The translations under genes were made by a program, and so were the position numbers. Below the pieces are notes generated by a model. The model made no database searches and was not told the DNA's origin. It worked only from the letters and a program-made list of their open reading frames with translations. From positions 191,054-255,053 of the forward strand of contig CAVVNJ010000008.1 of assembly GCA_963749595.1 (NCBI GenBank): a DNA stretch of 64,000 nucleotides, given 5' to 3'. The stretch comes from Candidatus Woesebacteria bacterium. Lineage in GTDB: Bacteria; Patescibacteriota; Microgenomatia; UBA1400; UBA1396. Of the stretch, positions 39,683-49,945 are shown piece by piece. Position 1 is the stretch's first letter. Each line of letters opens with the position of its first letter.

Positions 39683-40453
39683 GTGTCTAAAATAAAATCA
39701 AATTATGACCTTGAGCAAATGCGGATCGCCGGTCGGGCGGCGGCAGAAATTGTCGAAACGTTGAGTCGCTCGGTTCAACCGGGTGTTTCCGCCGCCCAAA
39801 TCGATCAGCAAGCCGCCCAACTTTGCGCGGAACATGGCGTAGAGCCGGCCTTTTTGGGTTACCAGGGTTTTCCCAATTCGATCTGCATCAGCGTGAATGA
39901 CGAGGTGGTGCATGGGATTCCCTACGCCAGCAAAGTTTTTGGCGAGGGTGACTTGGTTAAATTGGATTTTGGCGTGAAATACCGTGGTTACTATTCCGAT
40001 CACTGCCGAACTATTGGGGTCGGAAAATTAACTCCGATCCATCAAAAATTAATCCATGCCGGGGAGCAGGCAACGTTAAACGCGGTGAAGTTGGTAAAGA
40101 CTGGCAACCGGATTGGGGATATTTCTCACGCGATGCAGTCGACCGCGGAGGAGGCCGGATTTTCCGTAGTGCGGACTTATATTGGTCATGGCATTGGTAA
40201 AAAATTGCATGAAGAACCAGAAGTGCCGGCGTTTGGTGAACCAGGTACGGGGCCGCATTTACAAACTAATATGGTGATCTGCGTGGAGTGTCAGGTTTGT
40301 GAAAAGGGTTACGAAATCATCCATGAACGAGATGGCTGGACGAGCCGGACTAAAGACGGTGGGTACGTGGTGATGTTTGAGCATATGGTGCGGGTGACGG
40401 ACGAGGGGCCAGAGGTGATGACTTTAATCGATAGGCAGTTTTGGGTTAGTTGA
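39683..40453 (+). CDS. map: type I methionine aminopeptidase
   Basis: VVHGIP, the LVKLDFG..YYSD metal ligands, GHGIG and the FEHMV pattern. Confidence 0.9.
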   Translation: MSKIKSNYDLEQMRIAGRAAAEIVETLSRSVQPGVSAAQIDQQAAQLCAEHGVEPAFLGYQGFPNSICISVNDEVVHGIPYASKVFGEGDLVKLDFGVKYRGYYSDHCRTIGVGKLTPIHQKLIHAGEQATLNAVKLVKTGNRIGDISHAMQSTAEEAGFSVVRTYIGHGIGKKLHEEPEVPAFGEPGTGPHLQTNMVICVECQVCEKGYEIIHERDGWTSRTKDGGYVVMFEHMVRVTDEGPEVMTLIDRQFWVS

Positions 40454-40542
40454 TGTTTCCAGAAAGTGTCATTGCCATAGGGACCCTCAATCACAGAGAA
40501 GGTTATTCCCGAAGACAATGTACACAGTAGTTCCGAGCCATT

Positions 40543-40628
40543 CCCGAGTTAACTTGACCCTAATCCCCACTTGTAGCGGGGAGAGAGTCGGGCCGGTGCA
40601 ACTACCGGAACCAGTTTCACCCGTTGGA
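40543..40628. repeat. direct repeat copy 1 (orphan copy of the 3' module of the 41545-43122 gene)
   Basis: Aligns to 41585-41671 with 5 substitutions and one 1-nt indel, by my count. On the minus strand it encodes PTGETGSGSCTGPTLSPLQVG. Confidence 0.8.
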
Positions 40629-40660
40629 ACAGTCATTAAAAAAAATGTTAAAGTACCCAT

Positions 40661-41110
40661 ATGGAATTCAAAAAACACACAACAATTATCTTAATGCTAA
40701 TCTTGGCAATATTCTTTCCAATAATTGTTCTGAGTTTTCTAAATCGATTTAGTCTAGGATCCTATGTTTTTCTTCGTGTCGATAATAGATCAATGGAACC
40801 TTTTCTTCCACTGCATTCGGTGCAAATTGTTAAAAGAATAGAACAAGGAAAAATGGATCAAATCGAGTCAGGTTCATTTATTTGGCATACCTATGAACCG
40901 AGGGAATCGACAACAGGATTAGTTAAAGATATGAATTTCTTCTCGTTGGTGAATAGGGTTGATCAGGATATAATTTATGTCGAAAAAACTGGAAATATTC
41001 CTGCTTTCCCTGCTGCGCCAATAGAACCAGAATTGGTGTTAGGGAAAATTGTGTTTTGCTTGGTAGGTTGTAGCGGGGAGGGCAAAGCCCCCCCCGCTCT
41101 TTTCAAGTGA
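40661..41110 (+). CDS. S26-family signal-peptidase-like membrane protein (SipW/archaeal type), AT-rich
   Basis: N-terminal TM segment, then NRSMEPFLP (serine box SMEP), and a C-terminal LVLGKIV as in type I signal peptidases. The expected His/Lys box reads LVNRV. Confidence 0.5.
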   Translation: MEFKKHTTIILMLILAIFFPIIVLSFLNRFSLGSYVFLRVDNRSMEPFLPLHSVQIVKRIEQGKMDQIESGSFIWHTYEPRESTTGLVKDMNFFSLVNRVDQDIIYVEKTGNIPAFPAAPIEPELVLGKIVFCLVGCSGEGKAPPALFK

Positions 41111-41116
41111 AGAGAA

Positions 41117-41557
41117 TTACCAAGAACCACCGCCGCCTGTTACGCGTTGATTGGGGTCAAAGAGGGAAAACAAACCGGCGCAGTTTTCGGGGTAGGTGTA
41201 GCATTCAATCAACTGTGAGTAGGGAAAGATATCGAATGCTCCCAGCCAGAAATAACCAAAACTGGAAGATGGTCGCTCATCCCTAAGAAATAGATCGATT
41301 TGCCTGCAGTCACCTGATTGATTTTCCAGCTTGTTACCTTGGCTGACCAGCTCATTCCTCCAAGCTCGGATATTTCCCAGATTTTTTAACAAATCTGCAT
41401 TACTTCCGAACAGGAAATTTTTAGAGCTTGAGATAAAACTGCCCAGTCTCTCTCCATCAAGCCCTAGATTTAAGCCGATGCGGGCGATTAGTCTTTCCAC
41501 TACTGGCTCAGCAATATGTTCTTGGGCAACCCAAGTCCAAATGCCTAGCTCTGCCAA
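41117..41557 (-). CDS. hypothetical protein (AT-rich), start overlaps the stop of the upstream SH3b gene
   Basis: 146-aa ORF with no signal peptide and no motif recognised. Confidence 0.4.
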   Translation of the reverse strand: MAELGIWTWVAQEHIAEPVVERLIARIGLNLGLDGERLGSFISSSKNFLFGSNADLLKNLGNIRAWRNELVSQGNKLENQSGDCRQIDLFLRDERPSSSFGYFWLGAFDIFPYSQLIECYTYPENCAGLFSLFDPNQRVTGGGGSW

Positions 41558-43122
41558 AGCCTGTGTTTCCAGTTGGGGCGAATTCCAGAGTTAACTTGAC
41601 CCTCATCTCCCACTTGTAACGGGGAGAGAGTTGGGCCGGTGCAACTACCGGAACCGGTTTCACCCGTTGGACCCTTGATTCCTTCTTTGGGAAAAGTCGA
41701 GATTTCTCCATCACTGGGAGAAAAATCTCCGCCTCCCGAGATCCCACCAGTGGGTTGAGACGGAGCCGGAGTACTACCGCCGGTGCCCAGGGCAGTGCCA
41801 TTGGGCACCAGGAAATAATTTCCGTAGCGGTCATTTTCCGCAACATAGCCGCGTTGTCCGTTATACTCAGTTTCCCACCACTGGTAACCCTCTTTACAGT
41901 CAGGTCCACCAATTAAGGAGATAACCGTACCACGAGGAAGCCTGGCGAGAATTGAGCTGGAAACGCTCATGCTGGAGCGCAAATTCAGCGGGTCATTGCT
42001 AGGTACATCTACCGCCGCCAAATTGCCGGTTCGTAGTTGGCTGGCTGAACAATTTGACGCGGAGTCTCCGCCCGAGGATGTCGAGCCGGTTGAGCTGGTT
42101 GACAATCCCGTGGACGAAGTTGCATCACTACTTCCCCCAACACAGGTAAACGAACCATGATTGCCCGGTTGGCCTTGGGCGTGGCTACCGGAACCATACT
42201 GGAAACGGCAGACATATTCCAAGGAGACGATCATGGTACTACCGTTACAGTAGTAGCTATAACCATCGGTATGAAAACCAGAGAATCCTTTACTGGCACA
42301 GTAGCCGTCAACATCCAGTGAGCCGGAGGAGATACTACCGGTTTCATTACCATCACTGGTTGCGCCACCGGAAATGGTTTGTCCAGTAGGGGCCGGAATC
42401 GGATTATCGATCATCGGTTGTACTTCGATCACCACCGGTACGGTTGGCGGCTCGGCTTGCACGTTTAAATCGGTGCAGGCAGTGGCCGCGCCAGCCCAGT
42501 CGCCACCAGTCACCTGATAACAAGCTTGGTACGTTCCCGGGGCAGCGCCGCTGCTATCCCAGGACGCGTTGTAGACCGGGGTTGAGTGTTCGCCCCAAGG
42601 TTGTCCGGCGAGCAGATAGCGTCCGGCGCGGAGATTGCTGGTACATTGTCCCTGCGAGGCAAAGTTGAAAACTTGCCCCTGTTGGGTAACATTGAAGGAC
42701 AGTACCTGACAAGTGTTTTCGGAACCGGAAGGCAATGGCGCCTGACCTCCTTCCACGTAGACGGTACGACAATTACGGTTGGCATTTTCCCAACCATCCT
42801 CGCCTCGGGCCACGAAGCAGACATCAAAAGTGCCGCTACCGGTTTCCTCGGTTTTCCAGGTTTCGTACTGTTCTCCGGCACCGATTTCGGCTTTGTAAAT
42901 GGTTTCATAGGTAGTGAGGTTGGTAATTTCAAACCGCACTGTGCCGCAATTACTCCACCCATGCAACACCACGTGGGTGCCCAGGGTATAGGGATCGACC
43001 GGGCTTAGAGTGAAACCTTGGATGTCGCAGCCGCCGTTAGCGGAGGCGTCATCTTGAAAGCTCACTCCAATGATAACGAGCGCCAATAAAACAATCAGCA
43101 GACCAACGAATTTGGTACACAT
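41545..43122 (-). CDS. secreted Cys-rich protein with bacterial SH3 (SH3b) domain
   Basis: Signal peptide MCTKFVGLLIVLLALVIIG, and two similar Cys-bounded modules (C..G.F..C / TYQACYQV). SH3b-like stretch LNLRSSMSVSSSILARLPRGTVISLIGG...GYQWWETEYNGQRGYV. Confidence 0.6.
   Translation of the reverse strand: MCTKFVGLLIVLLALVIIGVSFQDDASANGGCDIQGFTLSPVDPYTLGTHVVLHGWSNCGTVRFEITNLTTYETIYKAEIGAGEQYETWKTEETGSGTFDVCFVARGEDGWENANRNCRTVYVEGGQAPLPSGSENTCQVLSFNVTQQGQVFNFASQGQCTSNLRAGRYLLAGQPWGEHSTPVYNASWDSSGAAPGTYQACYQVTGGDWAGAATACTDLNVQAEPPTVPVVIEVQPMIDNPIPAPTGQTISGGATSDGNETGSISSGSLDVDGYCASKGFSGFHTDGYSYYCNGSTMIVSLEYVCRFQYGSGSHAQGQPGNHGSFTCVGGSSDATSSTGLSTSSTGSTSSGGDSASNCSASQLRTGNLAAVDVPSNDPLNLRSSMSVSSSILARLPRGTVISLIGGPDCKEGYQWWETEYNGQRGYVAENDRYGNYFLVPNGTALGTGGSTPAPSQPTGGISGGGDFSPSDGEISTFPKEGIKGPTGETGSGSCTGPTLSPLQVGDEGQVNSGIRPNWKHRLWQS
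41585..41671. repeat. direct repeat copy 2 (inside the 3' end of the 41545-43122 gene)
   Basis: See copy 1. Confidence 0.8.
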
Positions 43123-43244
43123 CGATTTGCTCCTTTGAGCACTAATTGGACGATGGGTATTACCAAAAATATTGGGTAGACCAAATACTAAATTAAGTAA
43201 GTAAAAACTCTCTTCACTTTTTCACGAGCGTATGCCAAGGCCAC

Positions 43245-43267
43245 AAAAACCCACCGCTAGTGGTGGG
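43245..43267 (-). terminator. possible intrinsic terminator downstream of recQ
   Basis: On the minus strand, CCCACC-actagc-GGTGGG is followed by TTTTT. Confidence 0.4.
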
Positions 43268-43343
43268 TAGTAACGTTTAGCAAACACCATTTCTGGGTTA
43301 ATAAACCCAGAGGCGAAAATTATAGGTTAATATTGAGAAATAA

Positions 43344-44831
43344 TCAAGTTTCCAAACCATAATTTTTGGTCAACTGCAGAATATCTTTTCCCCAGTAGAA
43401 GAGCCGAGCGTGTCCGATCCCACCAATATGTTTGAGCTCGGTCCAGGTTTTGGGCTTGGCCTCTGCTAAACGCTGCAACGTCTGGTTGGTTCCTAAAAAG
43501 TACGGTGGGATTGAGAGCAATTTAGCTTTTTCTTTTCTCAGACGCGTTAAGAGACCAAGTAGTTCGCTGGCAGTTTCCGGTACGACTGGATCGGCTGGCT
43601 GCCAGGGAAATTCTGGCCGGCAGCGCGAGCAACCGCAACTGAGTAGGCGATCCGCTTTTCCATCCAGGGTGAAGGAGCGGACGATTAAGCGGGCGGCACA
43701 CTCCCGGCTATGAACGAAACGGTACATTTTGCGGGCTAACTTTTGTAGATGGGCGCGCCGGTTGGGAATGGCTTTTTCAGTGGTGAATTGGTAGTTGCGG
43801 ACCAGATCTTCGTCCCGGTGCAGTAGGACGCACCACGCTTCCAGACCGTCCCGACCGGCGCGCCCGGCTTCCTGGGTGTAGGCCTCGAGCGAGGTGGGAG
43901 TAGTGTGGTGGATAACTAGCCGGACATTGGGTTTATCAATGCCCATTCCTAATGCACTGGTAGCAACCAAGAGCGAGCGAGGGCTGGTTAGAAAACGGCG
44001 CAGCGATCGCGTGCGGGTTCGTTGATCCAAACCGGCGTGATAAGGCAGCGCTTGTTTGAAGCCAAAGCGACGGATTAGCCCAGCCAGTAATTCGGCTTCT
44101 TGTCTGGTGGCCGCGTAAACGATGGCGCTGCCCCACAATTCTTCCTGCCAATAGTTCAGCAGTTGCAACAAGGTGTTTCTTTTTTGCGCCTCGCTCGGCG
44201 GGTGAAGAATCACTAACCGCAGATTAGGGCGGTAGGGGGTTTGGGTATGGGTCCGGGGGTTCACCAGACCGAGCGAGGCGACAATTTCTTGGGCCACCAC
44301 GGGAGTCGCGGTAGCAGTAAAAGCGGCCACGGTGGGCCGAACAGGAAAAAGGCGGACAATTTCACCTAAACGAGTATATTCCGGCCGGAAGTCATGACCC
44401 CACTGACTGATGCAGTGGGCCTCGTCGACCACCAGTAAATTGACGTTGAGGGTGGGTAACAGGGGGCGGAGTTCCGGAGAAGACAATTTTTCCGGGCTTA
44501 GATAAAGCAGTTTAATCTCTCCTTTTTGTAATTTCTGCTTCAATTGTTTGATCCGCGTCGCCGACAAGGTGCTGTTCCAGGTTCCGGCTGGAATATTGTG
44601 TTCCGAAAGCTGGCGAAATTGATCCTGCATTAACGAGATCAGCGGCGAAACCACGATCGTCAGGCCAGGCAGCAGCGTTGCCGGAAACTGGTAACAAAGC
44701 GACTTGCCATTGCCGGTTGGTAGAATTGCCAAGGTATCATTTTTATCCATAATCGAGCGAATAATTTCTTCCTGCCCGGGGCGGAAAGAATTCAAGTGGA
44801 AAGTGTTCTGTAGGTGTTGTTTCCAGGTCAT
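43344..44831 (-). CDS. recQ: ATP-dependent DNA helicase RecQ
   Basis: Walker A PTGNGKS, VVDEAHCISQWGHDFRPEY, a RecQ-Ct zinc-binding Cys cluster and a C-terminal HRDC-like region. Confidence 0.9.
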   Translation of the reverse strand: MTWKQHLQNTFHLNSFRPGQEEIIRSIMDKNDTLAILPTGNGKSLCYQFPATLLPGLTIVVSPLISLMQDQFRQLSEHNIPAGTWNSTLSATRIKQLKQKLQKGEIKLLYLSPEKLSSPELRPLLPTLNVNLLVVDEAHCISQWGHDFRPEYTRLGEIVRLFPVRPTVAAFTATATPVVAQEIVASLGLVNPRTHTQTPYRPNLRLVILHPPSEAQKRNTLLQLLNYWQEELWGSAIVYAATRQEAELLAGLIRRFGFKQALPYHAGLDQRTRTRSLRRFLTSPRSLLVATSALGMGIDKPNVRLVIHHTTPTSLEAYTQEAGRAGRDGLEAWCVLLHRDEDLVRNYQFTTEKAIPNRRAHLQKLARKMYRFVHSRECAARLIVRSFTLDGKADRLLSCGCSRCRPEFPWQPADPVVPETASELLGLLTRLRKEKAKLLSIPPYFLGTNQTLQRLAEAKPKTWTELKHIGGIGHARLFYWGKDILQLTKNYGLET

Positions 44832-44870
44832 GTATCTACCCTACCCCCCAATTCTTACCAAACCTGTACA

Positions 44871-46517
44871 ATGATTGGTATGTTTCGCGGATGGCGCTGG
44901 CTAATCGGGCTGATAATTCTCGGACTTTTTCTGCGACTGCTCGCTTTCGGCCGGGTGCCGGTTTCGCCGTACTGGGACGAAATGGCCATCTGGGCCGATG
45001 CGCGTTCGATCATCGAAACCGGCAAGGATATGCATAATCGAACCTGGTTGCAGCCGATTTTCATTTCCTACGGGGACTTCAAACTTCCGGTATATATCTG
45101 GCTGACGGCGCTGTCTACTTTGCTGTTCAAGGACATACTGCCGGCGGTGCGTTTTCCCAGTTTAATCGCTGGACTAAGCATGATTCCTGGGGTCTATTTT
45201 TTGTTTCGGTTGATCCAACCAAAAGAAAAGACGCTGTCGTTTTTTGCCGCGGGTGTGGTCGCGATCCTGCCCTGGTCGCTGCATTTTTCCCAAGTCGGCT
45301 TTGAGGGCCACTTGGGGGCGGCATTCCTGCTTTGGTCGAGCGTGGCGTTGTGGTCCGGATTGAGGTCAGACCTTCCACGTCGGCAATTAATCGGTCTGAT
45401 CATCGCAGCGATTTTAGGCACGCTGGCGGTTTATTCCTACTTTAGCGTCCGCTTCGTTTGGCCGATTGTTTGGCTGGCACCCCTGATTTTGTGGTGGCCG
45501 CAGTTTCGCCGCCGCTGGTGGCAGTTCGCGCTGGGTATCGGTTTGTGGGCACTGCTATTAATCCCGATGTACCGGGCAGATTTTTACCAGGCCAGCAACC
45601 AGTTCCGCTTGAGCGCGGCCAACATTTTGAATCAACCGGATCAGCCCAACGAGATTAATCTCTGGCGTGAGCGATCAGGTAATTCAATCGTTAGCCGATT
45701 AGTTTTCAACCACTACACCTTTGTCACCCGCGATCTGGCGCGCAACTACTGGGCCTATCTCGATCCGGGTTATTTGTTCCTGACCGGCGATCCCAATCTG
45801 CGCCATAGTTCCCAATCGACCGGCTTACTATATTTGTCCCTGGCTCCGTTCTTCTTACTGGGAATTACCACTCTGATCCGAAGGCAGCCGGTCTTGGCCG
45901 CCTACCTAGGCTTATGGTGGGCGGCGGGCATCCTGCCCGCCGCCGTCCCGACCGATGTCCCGCACGCTCTGCGTTCGTTGAACACGCTGCCAGTGTTTGC
46001 CATGCTGATCGGTTTCGGTCTGCTGCGCGCCTGGCAAGCGTTGCCGCGGCGGAAGATTTTCGGCTTGCTGCCGGCCTTTTGGGGAGCGGGACTTCTAATT
46101 GCCGTGCTGTCGATCGAGGTTTTACGCTGGGAATATAGTTGGCTGATGGTTTATCCCAAAATTTCGGATCGGCAGTGGCAGGACGGCTATTTGCAGACGG
46201 CGCAGTACGTCGAGTCGGTTCGCGATAAGTATACTTTTGTCTATGTCGACCAGTTCGACGAGCGGTTTTTCCTCTATTACCTGCCATATTCCGGATTGAC
46301 CTGGAAAGAGATTCAGCAGTCGCCCAGCGCCGGTTTCCGCCGGACAATTTTCCGCAACGTGATCATCAACAATATTAACGATTGGGAAACTTTGGAGCAC
46401 AACTCGTTGGTGGTGACGACGCCGGCCCGCCTGCCGGAGCGTTGGCCGGTCAAGGACACAATTATCGGCGCGGCCGGAAAGGAGACTTATGTGGCGGTTG
46501 AAACTGTACGCGACTAA
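44871..46517 (+). CDS. polytopic membrane glycosyltransferase, GT39/ArnT-PMT-like (intact)
   Basis: Many TM segments, SPYWDEMA...YGDFKLPVYIW and the RFPS loop. I chose ATG 44871. Confidence 0.7.
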   Translation: MIGMFRGWRWLIGLIILGLFLRLLAFGRVPVSPYWDEMAIWADARSIIETGKDMHNRTWLQPIFISYGDFKLPVYIWLTALSTLLFKDILPAVRFPSLIAGLSMIPGVYFLFRLIQPKEKTLSFFAAGVVAILPWSLHFSQVGFEGHLGAAFLLWSSVALWSGLRSDLPRRQLIGLIIAAILGTLAVYSYFSVRFVWPIVWLAPLILWWPQFRRRWWQFALGIGLWALLLIPMYRADFYQASNQFRLSAANILNQPDQPNEINLWRERSGNSIVSRLVFNHYTFVTRDLARNYWAYLDPGYLFLTGDPNLRHSSQSTGLLYLSLAPFFLLGITTLIRRQPVLAAYLGLWWAAGILPAAVPTDVPHALRSLNTLPVFAMLIGFGLLRAWQALPRRKIFGLLPAFWGAGLLIAVLSIEVLRWEYSWLMVYPKISDRQWQDGYLQTAQYVESVRDKYTFVYVDQFDERFFLYYLPYSGLTWKEIQQSPSAGFRRTIFRNVIINNINDWETLEHNSLVVTTPARLPERWPVKDTIIGAAGKETYVAVETVRD

Positions 46518-47913
46518 GTCCACCTGGCTGCTGGGAGCCCTTTTTTTGTTGGTCATCATTGGTCGGATCTGGTTTTTCACCGTCACTGGCCCCCAATCGC
46601 TTAATCAGGACGAGGCGGCCATCTTATTTAACGCCCGGTTGTTGGCCGAAACCGGTCGCGACGAATGGGGCAGTCAGCTGGCCGATTGCTTTCCGCTCCT
46701 TTGGCGACGCAAAGTTGCCCGGTTATATCTACACCGTCTTGCTGCTGGGAAAATTGATCGGTTTTTCCGAACTGACGGTGCGGTTGCCTTCATTCCTGGC
46801 GGGTTTGGTAATTTTGTGGCTGGTTTTTCAACTCGCAGCTAAGATCGGCCATTCGCGATCGGTTGGTTTGGCCGCGAGCTTATTGGTCGCGTTGTCCCCT
46901 TGGAGTTGGCATTACGGCACCCTGGGGTTCGAGGCTAATTTTGGCCTTGCTCTGTGGTTGTTAGGTTTGTGGTTAGTGCTTTTTGGCTCGTGGCGGCGTT
47001 CGACTATCGGATCAATCGTGATCGGCCTAGCCATATTAACTTACAATTCGCCCTTATTATTGTTACCTTCGGCCGTCGCGGCGATATTATTAATCGACTG
47101 GCACCAACGCCGTCTGGCCTTGGGCAAAATCGGTCTGCTGGTGGCGGCTGGGCTGATGGCGGGAGGTCTGACCTTGTCCGCTACGCTGCAAAAACAAGGC
47201 ATCTCAATTTTTCAGGATCCCACCTACCTTGACGCCTATCCGGCTTACCGGGCAATGTTTGGCGGCGAATTGTGGCGGACCTTGCTGGGTAACAAACTGG
47301 TTTATTTCGGCTCGATTGCCTGGAGTAACTGGTGGACGCACCTATCCTGGCGCTTTTTGGTTACCCACGGCGGCGCCAATCCTTGGCACACTATTCCACT
47401 AACCGGACACCTGCATTTTTTCCTGCCGATTTTGTTGGCCGGCGGGCTGGCCCTAAACTTGCGGCGGCTGCTCCGGGACTGGCGGAACTCAACCGGGAGG
47501 CACGCCCTGGCGATCCTAATCCTGTTTGTCTGGAGCCTGGTTCCGGCCGCGATCACGGCCGACGCACCGCATGCCACTCGTAGTCTGTTCTTTTTCGTGA
47601 TGAGCGCGATTATCGGCGGGCAGGCGTTAGTTTATCTGGATCGGTCGGTTTGCGATTCCCGCTTGCCGAATCGCTGGAAAGATTTCGTGACGCTTTCTTT
47701 GGCCGGCTTATTAATCGCCGGTTTCGCCCTGTGGTGGTGGCCGGCCCGGCAAAATTGGCGCAGCGGCGTTCATCCCCGCTGGAACCGCGGGTTGGCCGAG
47801 CCCTGCGTGATCCGCGGGTTGACCGGGCGGAAAAAGTTTATGTCGTTGATCCGGACGGGACGCTTTACACGGTAGTCGCCGCGGCAAAAATATCACCGGT
47901 CCGGTCTTTTTAG
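46489..47913 (+). pseudogene. GT39/ArnT-PMT-like paralogue, frame broken twice (about 46680 and about 47805)
   Basis: The pieces align colinearly with the intact paralogue at 44871-46517. They are SLNQDEAAILFNARLLAETGRDEWGSQ, then WPIAFRSFGDAKLPGYIY..., then ALRDPRVDRAEKVYVVDPDGTLY. Confidence 0.65.
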
Positions 47914-48066
47914 CGACGGCACGACGCTCGCTACCGGATACCGCCGGCATTGTGAGGGTGGAACAATTCGATAAATACGAGTTCGTGTTCCAGGAGCACG
48001 ATGCCCACGGCCCGGGAGTATTACTGACGGCCGACTCTCGAGCCAGGCATGGGATATCATAGAGTT

Positions 48067-48865
48067 ATGAAATCGCACCGCCAGCATTCCCTGTCCGTGG
48101 TTTACGCCACCTTTAATGAGGAAGCCAATTTGGCTCAAGTCGCTCGGACAGTATTAAAGATCTGGCCGATGAATTGATCGTGGTCGATGGCTAATCGACG
48201 GATCGAACGCCGGAAATCGCCAGGGAGTACGGCGCCAGAGTCATCAAGACGACCAACAAGCCGATCTTTCACATCAACAAGCAGATGGCCATGGACGAGG
48301 CCAAGGGCGACTGGACGCTGCAAATGGACGCCGACGAGGTGGTGGACCAACCGATGCGTGTCGACATTGAACGGATTCTGGCTGCCGATCCGGCCTCACA
48401 GCCGGCCGGGTTCTGGTTGCGCCGAAAGAATTGGTTTCTGGGTAAATTCCTGACCAAAGGCGGCCAGTATCCGGACCCGGTGATTCGGTTTTATCAGACC
48501 GGCACAGGCCAAGTTGCCGATGAAGTCGGTACACGAACAGATGGCGGTCGAGGGGGAAGTCGGTACGCTTGCCAGGCCACCTCTTGCATTACAACTCGCC
48601 CAGTTTTTCCGATTACCTGCGCAAGGCTAACACCTACACTACTTTGACCGCGCTGGAGATGGAAAAGGCCAAGGTGCCGCTCAACGCCCTGAGTTTTATC
48701 AAGTATTGTCTTTGGCTGCCGAAGAAAACTTTCTTTTTACTTTATTTCCGGCATAAAGGCTTCATGGACGGTTTTCCCGGCTTCATTTTTGCTTTGTTTT
48801 CCGGTTTGCACCATTTTTTGGCGTACATCAAGTACACGGAGCTGCGCCGGCAGACTAAGCCGTGA
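48067..48865 (+). pseudogene. glycosyltransferase family 2, three frameshifts plus an in-frame TAA (48192-48194)
   Basis: The GT2 pieces lie in different frames. They are LSVVYATFNEEANLAQ, then KDLADELIVVDG*STDRTPEIAREYGARVI...QMDADEVV, then VHEQMAVEGEVGTL, then GHLLHYNSPSFSDYLRKANTYT. Confidence 0.65.
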
Positions 48866-49945
48866 GAGTTTTGCTGGATACTTCGCCGCTTTTAAACGCG
48901 AACGAAACCCGCGGGGTTGGGACTTATACGCGCGAATTATTGCGCGCCCTCCGTTCATTATCCGGCCTAGCCGAACCGTTGGTGGTGCAGGCGACCCACG
49001 AAGTCGGTGTAATTCAGGAGCCGGAAAAACATTTCGATTTGATTCATTATCCCTATTTTGATTTATTTTTTTCCACCTTACCCCCCAAAGCCAAACTGCC
49101 GGCGGTGGTGACGGTTCATGACGTGATCCCGCTGGTTTTTCCGCAGCAGTATCGACCTGGAATCAAGGGCCGAGTACGTTTTCAACGGCAGAAGCGGCGT
49201 TTGCGCCAGGCGGAGGCGGTACTGACTGACTCGGAAGCCTCCAAACGGGATATCCGCCAGCACCTGGGTATTGCCGAGAATCGACTGTTCGTCGTTCCAT
49301 TGGCGGCCAATCCCGATCTCGCTGAACCGACCGAATATTTGCAGCAGAAAGTCAAACAGGATTTGTCGTTGCCGGGAAAATACGCGCTTTATATCGGCGA
49401 CATTAACTACAACAAGAATTTGCCGACTTTGCTGCTGGCTCTGACCCAAGTCGATCCGAGCATTCATTTGGTGGTGGTGAGCCAGACTTTCAACAATGTG
49501 GCTATTCCGGAGGGCCGGATAATTTCGGAAGTGATCGCGCGCAACGATTTGGACGGATCGAATCCACGTGCTGTCGATTCCCAAGGATCAGCCCGGATAT
49601 CTGTCGGCGGTGATTGCTGGCTCGCGTTGTCTGGTCCAGCCCTCGCTTTATGAGGGTTTTGGTTTGCCGGTCGTGGAGGCGCTGCGGGTCGGGACGATGG
49701 TGGTCTGCGCCAATACTTCTTCTTTGCCGGAAGTGGCGGGGGAGGCGACGATTATGGTCGACCCGACGATTGCCGGCTTGGGTGACGGGATCATACGCGC
49801 CATGGGATTGCGCGGCGAGGAGCGCCAAGAATGGATTCGGCGGGGACAAAAACAGGCCAGAGAGTTTTCCTGGGAGCAGACGGCGCAGCAAACTTACCAA
49901 GTGTACGAAGCCGCGCGGCGGTTTTATGCCGGGGAAAAACCATGA
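48862..49945 (+). pseudogene. glycosyltransferase family 1, one frameshift (about 49555)
   Basis: The N-terminal frame gives MRVLLDTSPL..GVGTYTREL..VVTVHDVIPLVFP. The C-terminal frame gives RIHVLSIPKDQ..QPSLYEGFGLPVVEA. Confidence 0.65.
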
